From positions 278,566,001 to 278,630,000 of the forward strand of contig OZ024742.1 of the NCBI GenBank assembly GCA_964016885.1: a DNA stretch of 64,000 nucleotides, read 5' to 3'. The translations under genes and the position numbers were made by a program. The stretch's first letter is position 1. Each line of letters starts with the position of its first letter. Under the pieces are notes generated by a model, which was not told the DNA's origin, made no database searches, and saw nothing but the letters and a program-made list of their open reading frames with translations. Positions 57,907-64,000 of this stretch are shown here, piece after piece. Origin of the DNA: Eledone cirrhosa. Lineage: Eukaryota.

Positions 57907-57910
<4 letters not shown>
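57827..57910 (+). repeat. 84-bp direct repeat of 55712-55795
   Basis: tacgttgagtactctccacaat...aacaaaccta with one mismatch. This copy runs into (TA)n. Confidence 0.95.
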
Positions 57911-57998
<88 letters not shown>

Positions 57999-58398
57999 TA
58001 TGTACATAGAATTCCGAATTACTGTGCAGTTGTCTACATGGATTTGTTCGGCAAATATAAATATTATATTTAGGCGTTAAATTTAATATACAACAAAATA
58101 TTATATATTGTCGGTATCATTTTCCGTCACAATAGAGGTTTTGCTATAAAACATTCAGCAATTCACTATATTGATCAGTACTAAATGGTATGGTGTTTTA
58201 TTTCAAAACAGATGATGTTCACATCTCATCATGTGTGATGAGCAATCGAATGTGGTTACAGTTTTATCTGCTTTTATGATTTCTAATATATAACTGTATG
58301 CGTCCATTTCGACGGATGCTGAACACAGTGTTTTTACTTTTGCCAATATTGTAATATCACTTGTTACGCCCGCGTTTCTTCTTCTCTCTATATGCTGG

Positions 58399-58441
<43 letters not shown>

Positions 58442-58499
58442 ACACATACACACACACACATACACAGACACACACATACACACACACACATATACAGTA

Positions 58500-58546
<47 letters not shown>

Positions 58547-58721
58547 GTAATATGTGAGGTGATAGTGTAATTGTTCACTATTTTCATTGGTAAGATGAAG
58601 TTAACTCAATGCATATTTTTACCTTTCGTTCTTCAGGAGCAAACAAGTTATAGTAGCAGAGCATTTATAATTCAAAATTCAATAAGACCAAAGATTAATA
58701 TTATTATTATTTATTTATAGA

Positions 58722-58862
58722 AGGGCGGAGGATTGGCAGTATCGGTAGAGGGTCTGATGCATGCTTTGCAGCATAGAGTTAGGGCCCTTTATAATCTAAG
58801 TTCAAATTCCACCGAGATTATCTTTGCCTTTCATCCTTAAGGGTTCGATAAAATAAAGTACT
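58722..58862 (+). mobile_element. Family-A SINE, 3'-truncated
   Basis: ggcggaggattggcagtatcggtagag head, B-box and core. Confidence 0.8.
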
Positions 58863-59264
58863 GCAGCACAGCAGATAGACGATGTTGTCCAGAATTTTCC
58901 GTCGCCTTATATACCCAACTTATTCGATTAAGTATCATAGATAACATCTTGCAGCAAAGCAGTTACTTTCAACTAACATATATTCGATATATATATATGT
59001 GTGTGTGTGTGTGCGCGCGTAGCCACTTGTGTGTATGCGTGTGTGATTGTGTGTGTTTATATATATATATGAAACAGATCTGTCAGCTTATTTCCCTTTG
59101 TTTGTTTAAAAAAGAAGTAAGTGACATAGTCACTACTTTAGAATAATAGCGCAAGGTCTTCAAAATGTTTTTAAATAAGCATACGGCATATTGCCAGGTA
59201 TACTATACATACATCGCTATTTCGCAGCAACAATTCTAATTTTATATATATATATATATATATA

Positions 59265-59548
59265 ATAATTGTTTCTACTTTAGGCACAAGGCCAGCAATA
59301 CCCAGTGCATTACTGCTACTTTATTTTATCGACCCCGTAAGGATGAAAGGAAAAGTTAACCTCGGCGGGATTTGAACTCAGACCGTAAAGGGACGTAACT
59401 ATGCTGGAAAGCATGGCGTCCGACTCTCTACCGATACTGCCACTCCACCGCCCTTATATATATATATATATAATAATAATTGTTTCTACTTTTGGCACAA
59501 GGCCAGCAATTACCCAGTGTATTACTGGTACTTTATTTTATCGACCCC
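59265..59548 (-). mobile_element. Full-length family-A SINE in (TA)n plus a second 3' fragment
   Basis: Copy 59265-59455 runs from head (ggcggtggagtggcagtatcgg) to tail. Fragment at 59473-59548. Confidence 0.88.
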
Positions 59549-59899
59549 ATAATAATAAATATGAAGATTAAAATCCAAAGAAGGCTCGATAAGGATAAAT
59601 ATATATCAAATATATAAGAACTATAGAGTAAATATTTATAATATATACAAATATACACAAGTACTAAATGTGCGTCAATGAAACACGTGTATCATGTGGT
59701 TACATACAAGTTCACACCTAAAGTAGTCACTTCATGATTTCATATTCAATAAAATCTCATCATATACTACGAACATAAGCATTTGCATATTCGTCTATAC
59801 ATACATATGTTGTGTCTCATCTAAAACATATTTAATAGATTTGTATATGTAAATATTCATAAACACCCTTCACACACATGCCTATGTGTGTGTGTGTGT

Positions 59900-59951
<52 letters not shown>

Positions 59952-59961
59952 GTGTGTGTGT

Positions 59962-60043
<82 letters not shown>

Positions 60044-60128
60044 ACGTATAAATTATCTTAGATCATCATATGTATGTACGTTTATCAATATCAGAATCTG
60101 TTATCTGTTTATGCATGAATTTATGGGT

Positions 60129-60150
60129 AATTAAAACTATCGACTCAAAC

Positions 60151-60223
<73 letters not shown>

Positions 60224-60322
60224 CACGCTCGTGTGCGTGTGTGTCTTTGGGCGCGTGTGTGTGTTTGAGCGCCTGCAAGCGTATGCACACACGGGAGTAT
60301 GTCTGAGTGTATGTGAGCGAGC

Positions 60323-60396
<74 letters not shown>

Positions 60397-60418
60397 GTTT
60401 GAGTCGATAGTCTTAATT
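60129..60418. repeat. Fold-back whose arms contain (TA)n
   Basis: aattaaaactatcgactcaaacg-(TA)n-cacgctcg mirrored as cgagcgtg-(TA)n-cgtttgagtcgatagtcttaatt, followed by (TA)n. Confidence 0.9.
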
Positions 60419-60917
60419 TATATATATATATATATATAAATATATTTATATATATGAATAATCATACACATATAAGTAATGCGTGCTTTACTGCAGGAAT
60501 TAGCGTCCTTATAGTTGTATCCATCTGATACCATATGGATATTTGCCAAAAATCTTCATATCACCGCAGTATATCGGTCGTAAAACAATATCAACCAGTA
60601 ATAAATATATTTATCCGTTTAAATACTCTTTCATTATGCTTATTGTAAGAAAATACTGTCTGCTTTCTTGCTGCAGTATTGGCATTTTCCTATAGTTTAT
60701 TATAAACACAACAATGAAATCACGAAAATTATCTTTTGGACGAAGCTTTTCCTTTTTGAATACACACGTGCAACGCTATTCTCAAATATTCAAATAATTG
60801 AGTACGCGCACGTAAATAAATGAGATGATTTGCTGAAGTAGCTTCCTATCGATATACGTCATTATCAATTTGAATATATACATTATACATATATTTTTAT
60901 ATATATGTATATGTATG

Positions 60918-61026
<109 letters not shown>

Positions 61027-61059
61027 CGTAAAATAAGAAAATTATAAAATTAACTTACT

Positions 61060-61104
<45 letters not shown>

Positions 61105-61566
61105 TATATACATATATATATTTATACATACATATGTGTGTGTGTGTGTATGTGTGTGTGTGTATGTGTGTGCGTGCGTGAGTGTGAGTGTGTGTTTGTG
61201 TGGGTACACGCAGAAAAGTAAATAATACTTCACTATCTATCTGGAATATAAAGGATCCGAAACTGTGTGAAATCGCAGACACTTAAGATACAAACATATC
61301 ACCAGCAACTTTGTTACTTATGCAGCTGTTTATACTATAATATAAATCGTTTACTTCGGCTCATATATAAACATACCTATACACACACACTCACAGGCAC
61401 AGATACACACACACACACAAACATATATATATATATATACGCATATATGTATATATATCTATAATTATTTATATCTATATACACATATATATTTATACAC
61501 ATATATATATGGACAAATATATATCTACACACACATATATATATATATATATACATACATAAATTC

Positions 61567-61627
<61 letters not shown>

Positions 61628-61842
61628 TGTATATATAAATATATAGATATATAGATATATACATATACATACACACAGATATATATATATATATACATAA
61701 ACATATCTACATAAACATATATAGCATGTTAAACTTAATCTAATTCACATTCTGTTGAATATATGTATATTAAAAAGTCAGAATATTAAATCGATAACAT
61801 ACACAACAAATATGATGAAGATACAAATAACAAAAATGAATG

Positions 61843-61860
61843 CTACCACTACCACCATCG

Positions 61861-61918
<58 letters not shown>

Positions 61919-61973
61919 CATCACCACCACCACCACCACCACCACCACCACCACCACCACCACCACCACCACC

Positions 61974-62033
<60 letters not shown>
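61843..62033. repeat. Compound (ACT)n/(ACC)n microsatellite
   Basis: Direct reading of the sequence. Confidence 0.95.
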
Positions 62034-62034
<1 letters not shown>

Positions 62035-63067
62035 ACAGTAATAATAATTATACTAATATTAATAATATCAATAATTATAACAAAGTTACAGTATTAATAT
62101 AACATAAGCTAGAAAGAGCAGAGTGAAATATAATCCCTAAGTAATCACAATCCTTGTTTTTTTCACAGGAAAAGTCCAGGTTTTCCATTTCGGCCAACTC
62201 ATAAAAACCTCGTAAAATCTCGTATGATATAGAGAAATATCAACTATCTAGAAATGTATGTGTGCGTGTGGTGTATGTGTGTGTATGTTTGTGGGTTGGT
62301 ATGTGTCAGTGTGCATGATGTATTGTGTTTATATGGTGAATGCTGTATACAGTTTCTAATATGTGTATGTTATTTATATACTTACATCACGTTACATCAC
62401 GTATGTATTGATTTTATTTATGGTACATTTGTTTCTATTTAATACTTTTTAAAACTTTTTTTATTTTATTTTCTGTAACATTTCTGATCCCAGCTGGATG
62501 TGTTTGTATTTGTTCTGTTGGCTCAGGGATTTCATATTTATTGGGAAACGTAAATTGTGCGAAGATTATTTATGTACGTGAGTATGGGACTAATATATAT
62601 ATATACATGTATGTGTGTGATTAGCGTCATTGTGTCTATTTATTTTGTTTTGATTCGAATTTGTGTATCGTTTATTGTACATCATAAATATAAGTAAGCG
62701 TGTTTAATAAAAAATCAAGTATCCGCCATATTTTCTGTGCACTGACTCTCACGCCTTCGCATTTTTATAATTATAACTTAATTCCTATATCCATACTAGA
62801 TATATGATATTTGCACATAAACCATCACTTCCGAACTTTCATTAATTCATACTTTACTGTGGAATACAAGACTTAAAACTTCACACTTGCATAGGAAACA
62901 TAGGTAAGTATTTATATAGATGATGTATGTATGTATGTATGTATGTATGTATGTATGTATGTATGTATGTATGTATGTATGTATGTATGTATGTATGTAT
63001 GTATGTATGTATGTATGTATGCATAGGGATAATGTGGTACAATAGAAGTGGAAGTAGAATATGAATA

Positions 63068-63117
<50 letters not shown>

Positions 63118-63250
63118 CTGGAAGCCGATGATTTCTCCCGAATGAAACATTAGTAGTCCTGTAGAAGCCTTTTCTATATTGAATATTTGTATTCTGCTTT
63201 GTATTGACCACCTTACTTACTGTGGTTACCTCCGTTTAAACCCGGGATAA

Positions 63251-63294
<44 letters not shown>

Positions 63295-63331
63295 GTGTGT
63301 GTGTGTGTATGTTTGTGTGTGTGTGTATGTT

Positions 63332-63392
<61 letters not shown>

Positions 63393-63395
<3 letters not shown>

Positions 63396-63572
63396 CGAAG
63401 GAAATGTGGTAAGGAACCAGGTGGACCATAACGCACCAAAGTACTCAATACTTAGGGTAGTAGAGTGGGTAATAGGAACGAGTAGGAACCCGACGACTGA
63501 GCTCAAGCCGTTTCGACGGCTAATTCATTAGCCGTCGAAACGGCTTGAGCTCAGCCGTCGGGGTCCTACTCG

Positions 63573-63575
<3 letters not shown>
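63393..63575. repeat. (TA)n-flanked element ending in a 49-bp-arm hairpin
   Basis: 63476-63524 versus 63527-63575 with 2 mismatches. Homologous to 33470-33655. Confidence 0.92.
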
Positions 63576-63640
<65 letters not shown>

Positions 63641-64000
63641 TATATAAATATATTATACACTCACACACACATATATATATATATATATAAATTTATATCT
63701 GTATAAAGTTAAATGTCTCTCATAGGTAAAAATCTCAATGAAAGGATAAGCTATATTAATACACTATCCACTCAGGGAAGTATAAAAATATATTAAAGTA
63801 AAGCAAAAATTCCTTCTCGGTGGATATAAGCCAAATCGCCTAAAAGATGTCGGCTTTAACTCATATAATACTACGACCAAAGTTTCTGAAATTCAAGATA
63901 CAAAATCAGGAATTCTAAGACATTGGAAAAATCAATATTGGCATAATTAAATATCCTTCTTCCGGAGGTGAATTCTTCTTAGAAATAAGGGGACCGGTTG

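Noticed and set aside
54124-57910. DIRS/Ngaro element (inverted termini plus internal repeat)
   Set aside because: No RT, RNase H or tyrosine recombinase remnants, and the arms contain a SINE and look composite.

Overview
Eukaryotic, AT-rich, extremely microsatellite-rich DNA with no recognisable host protein-coding gene. The (TA)n/(CA)n/(AG)n load and the SINE families suggest a cephalopod (octopus-like) genome, which is an inference. Almost all ORF-track entries are translated microsatellites. Real content: two tandem Tx1/L1-clade LINEs embedded in (TATC)n plus an internally deleted relative in (ATT)n; a Buster-type hAT transposon with TIRs and TSD; Helitron-like non-autonomous elements; many tRNA-headed SINEs; and a decayed Penelope-like element. 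The most notable signal is a dense set of type I hammerhead ribozyme motifs (about 9 with intact CUGANGA/GAAA cores plus several decayed ones). Two non-coding tandem units carry one hammerhead per monomer (542 bp and 434 bp, retrozyme-like), and there is a recurring architecture of fold-back inversions abutting (TA)n tracts. All structures were read by eye, so coordinates are approximate at diverged edges.
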